A stretch of DNA of 64,000 bases from Carcharhinus longimanus (lineage: Eukaryota). The notes beneath the pieces are model-generated. The model saw only the letters and a list, made by a program, of their open reading frames with translations. It ran no database searches and had not been told where the DNA came from. Positions 24,075 through 36,343 of this stretch are shown here, in pieces; position 1 is the stretch's first letter, and each line of letters opens with the position of its first letter. The translations under genes were made by a program, and so were the position numbers. Location: assembly GCA_030264375.1 (NCBI GenBank), contig JASCQW010000133.1, positions 19,526,192 to 19,590,191 on the forward strand. Direction: 5' to 3'.

Positions 24075-25600
24075 AGTATTTGATTTATTATTGTCACATG
24101 TATCAGTATACAGTGAAAAGTATTGTTTCTTGTGCACTATACAAACAAAGCATAGCATGCATAATGCTGTGCCACAGTCATAGCTGGGGTGTAGAGAAAG
24201 ATCAATTTAGTGTAAGGTAGGTCCATTCATAAGTCTGATGGCAGCAGGGAAGAACTTGTTCATGAGTTGGTTAGTACGTATCTTCAGACTTTTGTTTTTT
24301 TTTCCTGACAGAAGAAGGCGAAAGAGAGAATGTTCGGGGTACGTGGGGTCCTTGATTATGCTGGCTGTCCTGAAAAGCAGCAGGAAGTTAGACTGTCAAT
24401 GGATGGGAGGCTGGTTTGAGTGATGGTCCAGATTTTGTTCATGACCCATCATAGTTTATTGCGGTCTTGGACAGAGCAGGAGCTATACAAAGCTGTGATA
24501 CAATCGGAAAGAATGCTTTCCATGATGCCTCTAGAAGTTGGTGAGAGTTGTAGCTGACTTGCCTAATTCCCTTGAGAAAGTAGAGGCATTGGTGGGCTTT
24601 CTTAATTATAGTGCCCACATGAAGGGATCAGGACAGTTGTTAGTGATCTTTCCACCGAATAATTTGAAGCTCTCGACCAATTCTACTTGGCTCCCATTGA
24701 TGTAGACTTTGTGAAGTCGATAATTTATCTTCCTTTTGTTGATGTTGAGGGAGAGATTGTTGTTGCACCAGTTCACCAGATTATTTCTCTCTCCTGTACT
24801 CCATCTCATCATTGTCTGAGACCTGACCCAGTACGGTGGCATCATTAGCAACTTGAAAATCAAGTTGGAGGGGAGTTTGACTGTAAAGCCATAGGTGTAT
24901 TAGGAGTATAGTAAGGGGCTGAGGACACTGCCTTACAGAGCACAGGTGTTGAGGATGATCATGGAGGAGGTGTTGTTGCATATCCTTAACTGTAGTCTGT
25001 GGGTTTGGAAGTCTAGAATCCAGTTGCAGAGGTTGGAGCTGAGCCCCAAGCCACAAAGTTTGGAGATGAGTCTCAAGCTGAGCTTTAGTCTATGAATAGT
25101 AGCCTAACATGGGTGTCTCTGTTATCTAAGTGTTCCAGGGTTGAGTTCAGGGCTAGGAAGATGGCATCTGCTATGGGCCTGTTGTGGCACTGTAGTGGAT
25201 CCAGGCAGTCTGAGAGGCAGGAACTGATTTGTGCCATGATTAACCTTTTTGAAGCACTCCATAATGATGGATGTCAAAGCCACAGGACGATAGTCATTAA
25301 GGCACGCTGCCTGGCTTTCCTTTTGATACCAGGATGATGGTCATCATCTTGAAGCAGGTAGGGACCTCATTGGTGTAAAGAGAAATTGAAGCTCTGTGAA
25401 TGCCCCCGCCAGCTAGTCCACGCAGGATCTGAGTGCTCGTCCGGGTACCCCATCTGGGCTAGTTGCTTTCTGTGGGTTAACTTTTGAGAAGGTTGCTCTG
25501 ACTTGGATACAGGTTTGTCTGTGATTTCCAGGATGGAGGGCTCTCACTGACCACCTGCTCAAAACAGGCATAGAATGTGTTGAGCTCATCGGGTGCATTG
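24075..25600 (-). mobile_element. Decayed Rex1/Babar-like LINE
   Basis: Minus-strand remnants RATFSKVNPQKATSPDGVPGRALRSC, ANDATVLGQVSDNDEMEYRRE, LVNWCNNNLSLNINK and VELVESFKLFG. Confidence 0.75.
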
Positions 25601-26279
25601 GAGCTGGCAATTTAATCAAACTCCCCCCCACTTCACTGACTTTAACAATAGTAGCTGGTACCATGTTCTTCTTAGTCTAGTTTAAAGTATTAAATCAAAA
25701 GAATTTTTTATATCATGCCCTGTCCAAATTATCCTCAATCCCATCTTTTCCCCATAATTCTGCAAATTGGTTCTCTCCCAATTTATGTGCAATTTGTTAA
25801 GAATAATGGTATAAAAAATAACCACATCTGAAAATCTTTTCAGCAGCAGCTTTCTGGGCAGCTGTGTGTTTCTGCAGGTTGCAAATAATTTAACAGTTTA
25901 CATGAGAAGGGAATTGCAGAACAAAAATATCATCTTGTAGTAAATGTTTTCTGGATAGATTTGAATTGCAATGTGGGAACTTAAGCAACTTATTATGCAG
26001 CAGTTACTCAACAATAGGCCTGTTGTTTCTCTCTCAATACGATCTTAAGCTGAAGCACTTCCCTCTAAAGAGGAAGAGTAAAAAAAAGTTTTCTTGCTCT
26101 GTCATCTTCATTCTTTATCAGATATCCTCTGCATCTATCTGAATGCAAACTTTTCCATCAAGATAAGCAAAGCAACTAAACTGAAGAATCAGGGCCATCT
26201 GCCACAATGTTCCTTTGCCTGTTCTCTCATTGAATGACTTGTTGACTCCATTCACTTCCTACAAATGAAAGTTATTTCT

Positions 26280-27105
26280 ATGGTTATGCCTGCCTTTTTG
26301 TGGAATATATAAAACATTCCCTATTTCAATCTTCCTGCACCTCTTTTTCTGAAACATTGACTGTACTGATGCTTTTCTGCTTTTGCACTGAAACCTTAAT
26401 CACATTTCCTTTCAGTTTCCACTATTCATTTTCACAAGGTCAATCTCTGACTCCTCCCTAACCTTCCTCAACTTCCGTCTCCATTTCCGTACCATTTTGT
26501 CTAAACTTCCTGAGAACTTCTTGTAGGGACCTGTCCATGTTCCCAGTTTCTCTATCTCCATCACATCTATTCTGATGATGCAGTTGGCACTTTTGGTACG
26601 TCTTTTTCCTCAACTGAGGACACACTCGCCTACCCACTCCTAGGCCCCTGCAACCATAGTTGCCAGAGCCCTTGCCTATGTCTGACTCATTTCCCACATA
26701 TCTCTTGCCCCTTTCTCTGCCTTCCAAAATCACAAACTGGTTCCTCTTGACCTCGCTTCCAGCCCACTTGTCTCCGTATTCAATTGATCATCTTCCTCCA
26801 TTTCTGCCACCTTCAGCATGATGTCACCACCAGACACATCCCCTTCCTTTCCAGCATTCCAAAAGGACCATTCCCTCCATGACACCCTGGTCCATTCATC
26901 AATCATCTGTCCCCTTCCTGTGAAACTTTCATGCAAGCACAGGCGCTGCAATACCTGCCCTTCGACATCCACCTCATCACTATCCAAATAATCCTTCTGG
27001 GTAAATAGCAATGTTTGTTTACTCTTTTTCAGCTTTGTTAGCTGTATTTGCTGCTCACAATGCCCTCTGCGCTGGGGAGACCAAATGCAGATTTGGTAAT
27101 GGACT
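26280..27105 (+). mobile_element. Decayed Penelope-like element (RT to GIY-YIG)
   Basis: GYACLFVEYIKHSLFQ at about 26282 (PLE RT) and AGETKCRFGN at about 27071 (a YIGETKRRL-like GIY-YIG motif). Confidence 0.7.
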
Positions 27106-27205
27106 NNNNNNNNNNNNNNNNNNNNNNNNNNNNNNNNNNNNNNNNNNNNNNNNNNNNNNNNNNNNNNNNNNNNNNNNNNNNNNNNNNNNNNNNNNNNNNN
27201 NNNNN

Positions 27206-27282
27206 AGGGTGATGCGGCGGCGCGGGCTCGTTGGGCCGAAGGGCCTGTTTCCCGTGCTGGGTTGTTCTTTGTTGTTCTTTGT
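27206..27282 (+). mobile_element. Young CR1-type 3' tail next to gap
   Basis: gggccgaagggcctgtttcccgtgctg followed by (gttcttt)n. CpGs are retained. Confidence 0.7.
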
Positions 27283-28194
27283 AGCTCAGGCAGGATTTTA
27301 CACTTTTAGGACAAGAGAGGCTGTAAAATTGTGTCCTACACCACAGTCAATAATCAAAAACAAAAAGGATATTTATTTGACTTCTTCATGATGTCAAAGA
27401 AGTCTGCAATGGGGTGGCTCACGCTGATTTAAACAGAACGAGACAAACTAAAAAGCACAGAGGTTTACAGGTCCTTTGCTGGTCTATTTATGTGCAATGA
27501 TTACTTAGTTGAATTAATGACACCAGATGATTAAGCTGTGAACTAAAGCTTCAGTGTCCCTTGAATATGAAATTAATTACCTGCAGAACACTGACCTTTT
27601 CCTAATTCCTGCTTGATATTTGGTCAGGCCTTTATTGAAGCACCTTGGGATGATTTGCTGTATTAACAGTCTTTTATAAGTGAAAATGCTCGAAACTGTC
27701 ATCTCTCCAATACAAGTAAATGAAAGTTCTGCATATTGATAACTGAAGCAAAGCCTTGTTCCCTTATCACTTCCTCTAGCTATCCTTGTGGCTGAGTTTC
27801 AGTGAGAAGGTTATTTATAAGTCAGTGCCACTTGATGGGTCTATTATCTACCCCTCTTCAAATAGTTGGGAGTATAGACTGATAGTGACTGCATTAGATT
27901 TGTTCTGAATAACTTGGTTTATTTCCAGTTTTATAATTCTTCATTCCATCAGTGGGGCTGTATTTTCAGCCATTACATTCCAGCAAACTGGAACTCATTC
28001 ACTCACTAACTCTCGGTGGTCCACAGCCTCCTTATTTTCAAAACCTTTCTAAAAATGATTTACTTTTCTATTATGTTTCCTTGTTTTCTCAGCTTTCTTC
28101 ACCTTCTCTTCTTCCTGTTAAGTGTTTGCTTCTTCAGAATCATCTCCCTGTAAATGTGACAGAGAAAAAATATGTTTTATAGTGATATAGCATC

Positions 28195-28490
28195 TTTCAT
28201 AGACTCACAGAGTGGTACAAATCAAAAGGAGACCATTTAGTTGACCATGTCTGCACCAGCCCTTCGAAAAGTACTGAATCAGACAGCCAGTGCAGACACA
28301 ATGGGCCAAATGGCCTCCTTCTGCACTGTAACAATTCTGTGATTCTCTGATCTAATAGTCCCACTCCCCCTGCTCTTTCTCCATCACTCTACACTTTTCA
28401 AATTCCCTCTTGAAAGTTACTGTTGAATCTGCTTCCACGACAATTTCAAGCAGTGTGTTCCAGATCACAATAACTTGTTGAAAATAAGGA
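28195..28490 (-). mobile_element. CR1 3' end remnant with a nested opposite-strand tail (28282-28347)
   Basis: Minus-strand WNTLLEIVVEADSTVTFKREF. The plus-strand insert reads atgggccaaatggcctccttctgcactgtaacaattctgtgattct. Confidence 0.65.
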
Positions 28491-29974
28491 ATGGTCTCAG
28501 CTTCTGTGTTTGAAGTTTCTTCTCCAGTATATGCTGTCAAGAAGAGGAACTGAAAGGTTACCAGGTATTTCACCAGTGAAAATAAGGAGTGACATCAGAA
28601 TACAAGTCATTCTGCACTTCTCTTATGTCCTTCCTAGCAGACATCATGATGCTAATCAGGAGTTGTCACAAATATCTGAATTAGTGAGCGATAGAATCAT
28701 ACAGATTCGATAGTCTCTCCAGACAAGATAACTCCTTTATCCCCAGTACTATTTTATGAACAATTAGTTCCAAGCTCTTTCTGAATCAGATAGCAATGTA
28801 ACATCTCCTTTTCAATAAAAAAATGCCTCTTTATATGGGGAGGTGGCGGCATAGTGGAAATGCTGCTGGACTAGCAATCTAAAGGCCTAGGCTGCCCTGT
28901 CACTATCAACAATTTAAGCACATATATAAGGTCCCTCTGCTCCTGCACCCCATTTAGAGTTGTGCATTTGTTTTATATTGTCTCTCCACGTTTTCCTACC
29001 AAAATGAGGCGCTTCACATTTCTCCCCATTGAACTTCATCTCTCAATTTTTCACCCATTCCACTAATTTGACAACTTCCATTTGTCGTACAACACTTCTC
29101 TCCTCCTGGTTTGTAATGCTTCCAAGTTTTGTATCATCTGCAAAAATTGAGATCTTCCTGGGGAGAAAAGATATTGCTGTGATTTAATTAGCAGAAAGCG
29201 ATGATTCTTCCCAATTTCACTGTGGACCTTCACTATCAGCAGTCCCAAACTCAGTGAGGCACAGATGCTCTGCAAGTTCAATATGTTTATGCTGTATCCC
29301 CCAGAGCAGAGGATTAAAGCTCACCGAGAGATTGATAATTGTCATCTGCTCAAGGGAAACCCTGATCTTCTGGCAAAATCACTAGAGAAAGAATACATAA
29401 GAACAGTCAAGGCTGAGGATATAATTATTCCCGGAATGCAATTCACTTGTACAAGAACTGTGCTTAGAACCACAATCAGTTTGCTCTGAAAGATGTCTTA
29501 ATTCAGCAAGGTTAATGTTTTGAGATTGCCTCACAGTTAACAATTTTACGAGATATTGGGTGAGGACCGCAAAGCACTAATTAACATTGAGACCTGGAGA
29601 GTTCCTAATTTCAATATTTAGGTTATTAAAAATCAGGATCCATGGAGATCAGTGAAATGTGCTGACCTGCGAGGAGAGTCTTTAATTCTGAGACACAGCA
29701 TGCAAGATGGCGTCCAGGTCTGATTTATTGTTATTTGTCATTTATATCTGCATTATAATACTGCTTAAAACTATGGAGACCATGACATTAATAGACAAGA
29801 TTATGACTTTCAATCAAGTGATTGTCCCTGTTGGAAAAGACTTCCTAAATTAAAAAGAAAAGTTAAATAAGGAATGCTGCGAACTATTCCTGCAACTTGT
29901 TCTTTCATAAACTTCCAGCAAAAGTCATTATTGTCCTGGCTCTGAGAAATGAACAACAAATTATTTAGCTGAGG

Positions 29975-30306
29975 ATAGAATCATAGAAACCCTACAGTGC
30001 AGAAAGAGGCCATTCGGCCCATCAAGTCTGCACTGACCACAATCCCACCCAGGCCCTACACCCTCACATATCCCTTTAACTACACGTTCCGGGAAACTAA
30101 GGGGCAATTTAGCATGGCCAATTTTCTAACCCACCCAGGAGGAAACCGGAGCGCCCGAAGGAAACACACACAGACACAGGAAGAATGTGCAAACTCCACA
30201 CAAACAGTGACCCAAGCCAGGAATCGAACCCAGGTCCCTGGAGCTGTGAAGTAACAGTGCAAACTAGTGTGCTACCGTGCCACCCCACTGTGCTACCATG
30301 TTGCCC
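29975..30306 (-). mobile_element. HE1-like V-SINE with duplicated 5' end, abutting the 28S fragment
   Basis: The minus strand starts gggcaacatggtagcacagtgg-ggtggcacggtagcacactag... and has B-box ggttcgattcc and a (ctatgatt)n tail. Confidence 0.88.
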
Positions 30307-30310
30307 AAAA

Positions 30311-30734
30311 TCAATAGATTGCAGCGAGATTGCTGCTCTGCTACTTATGAAACCCTGAGCCAGAATCAGGTCATCTATGAATATTTTAGCACCACGTTCC
30401 CAATGAACATTCTGTGTGTTAACAGGAGAGAGGCAGTGCCCATCTGGCCGCACTCTAGCCCTGAATCGAGAGGTAATCTGCACCGACTGGAGCCGGCTAT
30501 CCCAAGCCAACCAATGATCCACGGCGTTAGGGATCGTTACGTTTAGGCAGGATTCTGACTTCGAGGTGTTCAGTCATAATCCCACGGATAGTAGCTTCGC
30601 ACCATTGGCTCCTCAGCCAAGCACATGCACCAATTTCCAAACCTGTGGTTCCCCTCGTACTAAGCAGGATTACTATTGCAACAACTATTGTAATCATCAG
30701 TAGGGTAAAACTAACGTGTCTCACAATGGTCTAA
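30311..30734 (-). pseudogene. 28S rRNA 3'-terminal fragment (retro-pseudogene)
   Basis: The minus strand reads ttagaccattgtgagacacgttagttttaccctactgatgat ... agtacgaggggaac (mutated sarcin-ricin loop, 30648-30661) ... gtgggattatgactgaac ... agcagagcagcaatctcgctgcaatctattga. This is collinear with the LSU rRNA 3' end and carries many CpG-type transitions. Confidence 0.92.
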
Positions 30735-31798
30735 GGGATTGAAGTTTCTTTTAGATAAGAATAATGGTGTAGAGGGAGAGAGCATCATTGAAAGATAATA
30801 TGACTGGGAGAAGAGCAGAAAGTGGGTATAAATGTTTTGAACTTCTGCTTGAATGAATGAACCATTTACGGACAGCTTTTCCTTCGAAACTTACCTAAGT
30901 GCACAATAAGGCAAATGGTACAAGACTGGAATTTGTTAATCATGCAATGTCCAAGGTTCCCATTCATGGGCTTTTAGTAATGGTTAGTAAAAAACTCATC
31001 AAATGCAATGGCTTAGCAAGTCAGGTCAGTTTTGAGTCTGAAGACACTTCAAAATAGCAGGCTGCTTAAAGATTCCCAAACTACTAATTACTAACCAAAT
31101 GGAGTTTGATTGGTATTGTGAGGACACAGTGAAAAAAAAAATTGGTTATGCGCACAATTATGCACATGCAGTCATTTAAAGACATTTATTGTCTGGCCCC
31201 AGAATATGGGGATCAGCTCTGTACAGGTTGTCAATGTGAAACTTGTATTTTCTGGTCTTTTTTGGATGGATTGCAAATTTAACTTAATTGTTGAAGGAAA
31301 AGGGTTGGTGGTGGTGCAGTCTGCCTGTTGCATTTCTTAACAACCACACTACTACCTATGTAAATCTTTGAGAAACTACTTCCTGTAGCTATTGTTGGTT
31401 CTTCAGGCGGCAACACATAGTTTATTGTTTGTAATGTTGGCACTAGGAAGGGCAATGATAGATGGCATTGCTGTTTAATCAAGGACAGAAACCTCTTGCT
31501 TTATTGCTCATGTGGCAGATATTAGGAAAATGTTTGAAGCCTGAGATGTGGGGAGAGATTTTAACTCTTTCAAAACCTATCCATTTACACATACAATAGT
31601 TAAAATCAGACCTAGCAGTTAAGTGATGTTTCACTTTCGTAAGAAGTCATCTTTGTGCTAGTAATTGAGTGGACCTTTTAATTTATACAACTACAATTGA
31701 CAACAGCTGAACCTTTAGAGGCCGTGCCACACCATTGAGAACCATAATAAGAAATGGGCTAATCTGGAAGCAGCAGCTCTGGCTACAAATACAAACAT

Positions 31799-32086
31799 GG
31801 CGGCACAGTGATTAGCACTGTTGCCTCACAGTGCCAGGGAACCGGGTTCAATTCCTGACCTGGGTCACTGTCTGCATGGAGTTTGTATGTTCTCCCTATG
31901 TCTGCATGGGTTTCCTCCGGATGCTCTGGTTTTGTCCTATTAGTCTGAAAGATGTGCTGGTTAGGTGCATTGGCCACACTAAATTCTCCCTCAGTGTACC
32001 CGAACAGGTACAGGCGTGTTTTTACAGTAACTTCATTGCAGTGTTAATGTAAGCCCGCTTGTGACACTAATGAATAAACTTTAAAA
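31799..32086 (+). mobile_element. V-SINE with HE1-like head but different 3' tail
   Basis: Head ggcggcacagtgattagcactgttgcctcacagtgccagggaaccgggttcaattcc; tail tttacagtaacttcattgcagtgttaatgtaagcccgcttgtgacactaatgaataaacttt. Confidence 0.85.
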
Positions 32087-32524
32087 AACACACCGGTATG
32101 GATAAGGGAGATGTCATCATAGCCTTCCCAGATTAAAAGGATTGCAGAGGAAAAGGAATTCATTGCATCACACATGTTCAGCTGCCAGCAACAAATTTGG
32201 AGCAATTAGCCAGGACAGGAGGTGGAGGAATGGCTCAAGAAAAAATAACTTGCTAACTATTTTAGCTTCTAGGGCACTTTCTTGAGATCTACGCAGATTC
32301 CATCCTCCTCTCAAGTGACCAGTTTTCTGACCTCTGTGGGGGACAAAGCGAGAAGAAATCCTGGAGTAGCCTGGGAATTCTGTCAAAACATACCTCCCTT
32401 GATGGGGAGATGAGTTGTTTTTTCCTTTCCTAAAGACATAAGTGAAGCCAATCACTATTATTGAGACTATCTTTTAATTCCAGATTTTATTAATTGAATT
32501 TAATTTTCACCAGCTGCTGCTTTC

Positions 32525-32775
32525 ACTCCTCACGATGTGGTCCCCTCCACACTGGGGAGACCAAATACAAACAAGATGAGCGCTTAGCTGCTTATGTCCA
32601 TGTGGTCTACAAATATGGCCTCTATGTTTAGTTGTACATCATTTTAATTTTCCACCTTTCATTCTGATGTCTCTGGCCTTGGTCTACTGCAGTGTTCCAA
32701 TGAACCTCAAGCTTGAGGAGCCAGCTTTTTTGAGTAACAATTGAGTTTGAGCTAGATGGTTGCTAACAATTTCAG
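32525..32775 (+). mobile_element. Penelope GIY-YIG remnant
   Basis: Translates SRCGPLHTGETKYKQDERLA, resembling CxxCGLLYIGETKRRLGDRFAEH. Confidence 0.6.
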
Positions 32776-34753
32776 CTCCTGATGCAAGATATCATCAAGC
32801 AATGGAATGGATGACCTGTACATTTTAACTTATTTTAATACCGGATGCTGAGAAGTATATTTATGAAACACATCTTCACTGATGTGGTATTTGATCCCAA
32901 ACATAATGCGCTTGTCGTGTGAATTGGTTATATTGATAGCAGTACAATGATCTATCTTTTTAGCTGTAAGCATATCTTGAAAATTAAAAACCGGATATCC
33001 TTATTGGTTATGGCATATATTACCATTACAGCATTGTCCGTTGATTTCAATAAATGGGACACTAGTAACCTTTTATTCATGAGGCAAAGCTGCAAATACA
33101 ATTTTTATTTGTTAAGGTCAATCAGATAGTACCAGTCAATTAGTTGCATGCAAACATTTAGATGATGTTAACATTTACACTGAACTATTGATCATGTAAA
33201 GTGTATTTTGCCATGGGAGGACTCTGGCACTGCTGCCTCCTCCCTCAGCACAAGTGTGGTGGGGTTTGTAGATGCTCTGCAATCTGGTCAGTTTTGTAAT
33301 ACTTCCATCCTGCTTGTCACCTAGAACCTTTTTGTCACCATCGGTACTAATACTAATCCAGCTGGTCATGGGTTCCTCACCTGCAATAACAAAGACCAAG
33401 AACAGGCTTCAGATAAAGCACGTTTAAAAAGTAAAGGAAATTGGACCAGACATGCACAAACAATTGTGTCCATTTTAAAATCATACATTCTGTTCTTGTG
33501 TTCCATGTACTTATTTTTATATATTCCATTCTGAATTTTTAAATCCTCACGTATGTTGGAAATCACCCATATAAACTTAATGTTTGCATTATATTTTGGT
33601 AGTGATGCTGCCCCACTTTTAAGTCTACATAAGTAGTTTCCAGTCTGTATATGGACTTGGGAATTTATAATGAACAGATGCAAAGTTTTGTGACGCAACA
33701 TTGGTTTTGCTCTTTGTTAATTGAATTTGAGCCCCAGACCAACTAATGATTAAATGGTTTGTATCAAAGTTCCCAAACTGACCATTTCAACATAATTTCT
33801 GTGCACAATGCTCTCAATTATGATTTGACAAAGTTGTCATGTGGAATGAATTTGCCATCAGACTTGATAATGTGCTCAAAACTATCTAATGAGCAACCAT
33901 CATTGAAAAAAGTACAAGGAAATTAATTACCTAAACTGAAGAAATCTGGATCTTATTTTTCATTTAATCTAAAAAAAACCATACTGCTATACAGTACATG
34001 CTTGATAGCGCCATCAGATTCGCATTAATTCTTGATTCATTTTAGTCTCCAGGTCTATACATCACATCCACCCACCCAGATCTTAGGGTCTCAATTCTTC
34101 CCACCTCAGAGTCGAATCTAATTCTACAGCCCTGCTGCCCAACTTCTCCCTCCATTCTCTGGACCTTGAGTCCCTCTGAATTCCAGACCCAGCCAAAGCT
34201 GCAGGGCCTGCTGACTTCACCTGAAAATACCACCCCACCACCTCAATACTGAACTCATTGTGATAATCCTCACTGCTCCTGCTCTGGCTTCAAAACTAGA
34301 GAAAGCTGATTAGAAGATGTAGTTTCTGGAAATTGAGATCTCAAGTTTGGATGGGGGAGGAAGATAAGAGGGGAAAGAAAAGAGGAATGTGAAGGGTGCA
34401 ATAAAGGGCTTGGCAAAGAGTGGAAAAGAATTTCTGCAATCTGGGGGAAGGGGCAAGTGGGGCCTTTTTTCTCATTTGCATTTACTTTGCTAAGTCTAAA
34501 AATCCAAAAAAAACTGCAAGATGTTCCTGCTGGAATTTTCTGGTGGGGCTCACAACTGCTGGGCCTGGAAAATCCAATTTTTTTATTTCAGACTTCCATG
34601 CTAGGATTTTTCCCACAGGCTTCGCGATGTCTGCAGCATGATTAAACAGGGGTCAGAGCTTGCATTGTGGTGAAAATGGTCTGCGGTTTTCCCTGAATCT
34701 TTAAAACCAATTTAATCTCTTTGACCAAAACTTTGGTCATATGATCTAATAGT

Positions 34754-34955
34754 GAACAAAGAAAATTACAGTACAGGAACAGGCCTTTTGGCTCTCCAAG
34801 CCTCCACTGACCGTGCTGCCCGCCTGAACTAAAACTGCCTACGCTTCCAGGGACCATATTTCTCTATTCCCATTCCAGTCGTGTATTTGTCAAGATGCCC
34901 CTTAGAAGTCGCTCTTGTATCTGCTTCCACTACCTCCCCCGGCAGCAAGTTACGC
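34754..34955 (-). mobile_element. CR1 3' end fragment
   Basis: gaacaaagaaaattacagtacaggaacaggccttttggc is the reverse complement of the tail type at 27206 and 63075. Confidence 0.7.
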
Positions 34956-36260
34956 CTTATGTTGGCTCATCCCATGTAAAAGAATTGACTTTTGCAAGTT
35001 TGAAGTGGATGCAGAAGAACATTTTTCTGCAGTGTGGGTGGGATTGGGGGGAATGGGAGGAAATTCATCCTGGGGTTTTGGGCTGTGAGAGAAACAGGAG
35101 CACCCAGAGAAAACCCCCACAGACAATGGGGAGAACAGTCATCCAAGACTGAAGTTTGGGACATTGTGACATTGATGTGAGTTATGCTACTTGTAATGTT
35201 AAATAATTGCTAAATGATGAGTTTTGAGTCTAATTGATGTCAAGTGATTAAATGATTGCCTCAGAGTGTAATTGATGTCAAATGAGTGCAAATAATGTCA
35301 AACTTTTAGGTAGGGAATAGGCAGGTAAAACAATAGCTCATCATTAATTTGGATGGTATATGCACAACTTTGCATCATGCAAGACTTTGTCATATAACCT
35401 GAACAAACAGCATGCTCAACACTGGTTCTAATAACTTGACAGCAACAACAGAACTACTATGTCTTCTCAAAATTGGCATGTTTAATGCTTGAAATGAGAA
35501 GGACATATATTTTCTTTCTCCAATACCAACTACTTAGACTAAAGGATCCAAAAATGTGCAAGTACAGTAAAATGCATTTACAGCCCAACTGGCAGCCAGA
35601 GTGACTGCATTTTAAGTAGAAAATCACAACTCTACAGATATAGAAACAGCAGAAGTTAGTCATTTGATTATCAGAGAGAATAGTACTTTGTAAATGATTA
35701 ACCATAATCAATTGATATGGGTGAAAAGAGAATGTATAATGAAAAATCAATTGGCATAAACCAATATTTCTTCTTTTACTTTGAAATGTGAATCGGATAG
35801 GATTCAGGAAGGGATAACAGCAGGAGGTGCAAGCAAGAAGGAATGATGTTGAAGTTCTATAATATGCACATACACAGACTCACCTCAGAAATATGATATA
35901 ACCTTGAGATGATGTTAAATGGGAGGCCTATATAATATGCAAGGAATGGAATGAAGCCTGCAGCGATTTCCCTGTGTTGGTCAAAGATGATGAATAATCA
36001 TTTTTAGCTGGACCATCTGGCAGAATATGTTTAATGAGAATGCAAAGTCTGTTAAATTGCTAGCTTATAATTTTAGGAAAAGAAAAGCTAAAGACTGATC
36101 CTTTTTCTTTTGTTCCCATTGATACCCGGTGACTCAATGTAGATTTACCTATAGCTGCTCACCTTGCAGTTTGTTTATCTGTAGTGGATTACCTTTAAAG
36201 GATTTGTGTTCAGTATAAGTTATGGTAAAATGACCTATTTTTGTCTGGTGCTTTTGACAG

Positions 36261-36343
36261 GTTCCTTTGCAGCTGATCGAAAGTGTTGAATGTCGTGAGA
36301 TGTTCCAACTTCACTTAACTTGTAAAGACTGCAAAGTTATCAG
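36261..36343 (+). CDS. MTMR3: MTMR3 exon VPLQLIESVECREMFQLHLTCKDCKVIR (PH-GRAM)
   Basis: ttttgacag|GTT ... AG|gtatat, 83 nt, phase 0/2. Follows a 25.2-kb intron. Confidence 0.96.

Noticed and set aside
30311-30734. Functional rRNA gene or contaminant
   Set aside because: It covers only about 420 nt, has a mutated sarcin-ricin loop and CpG decay, and is embedded in an intron next to a host SINE.
35987-36098. Box C/D snoRNA (ATGATGA ... CTGA)
   Set aside because: The terminal stem is weak and no rRNA/snRNA antisense element is recognisable. Such motifs are expected by chance in AT-rich DNA.
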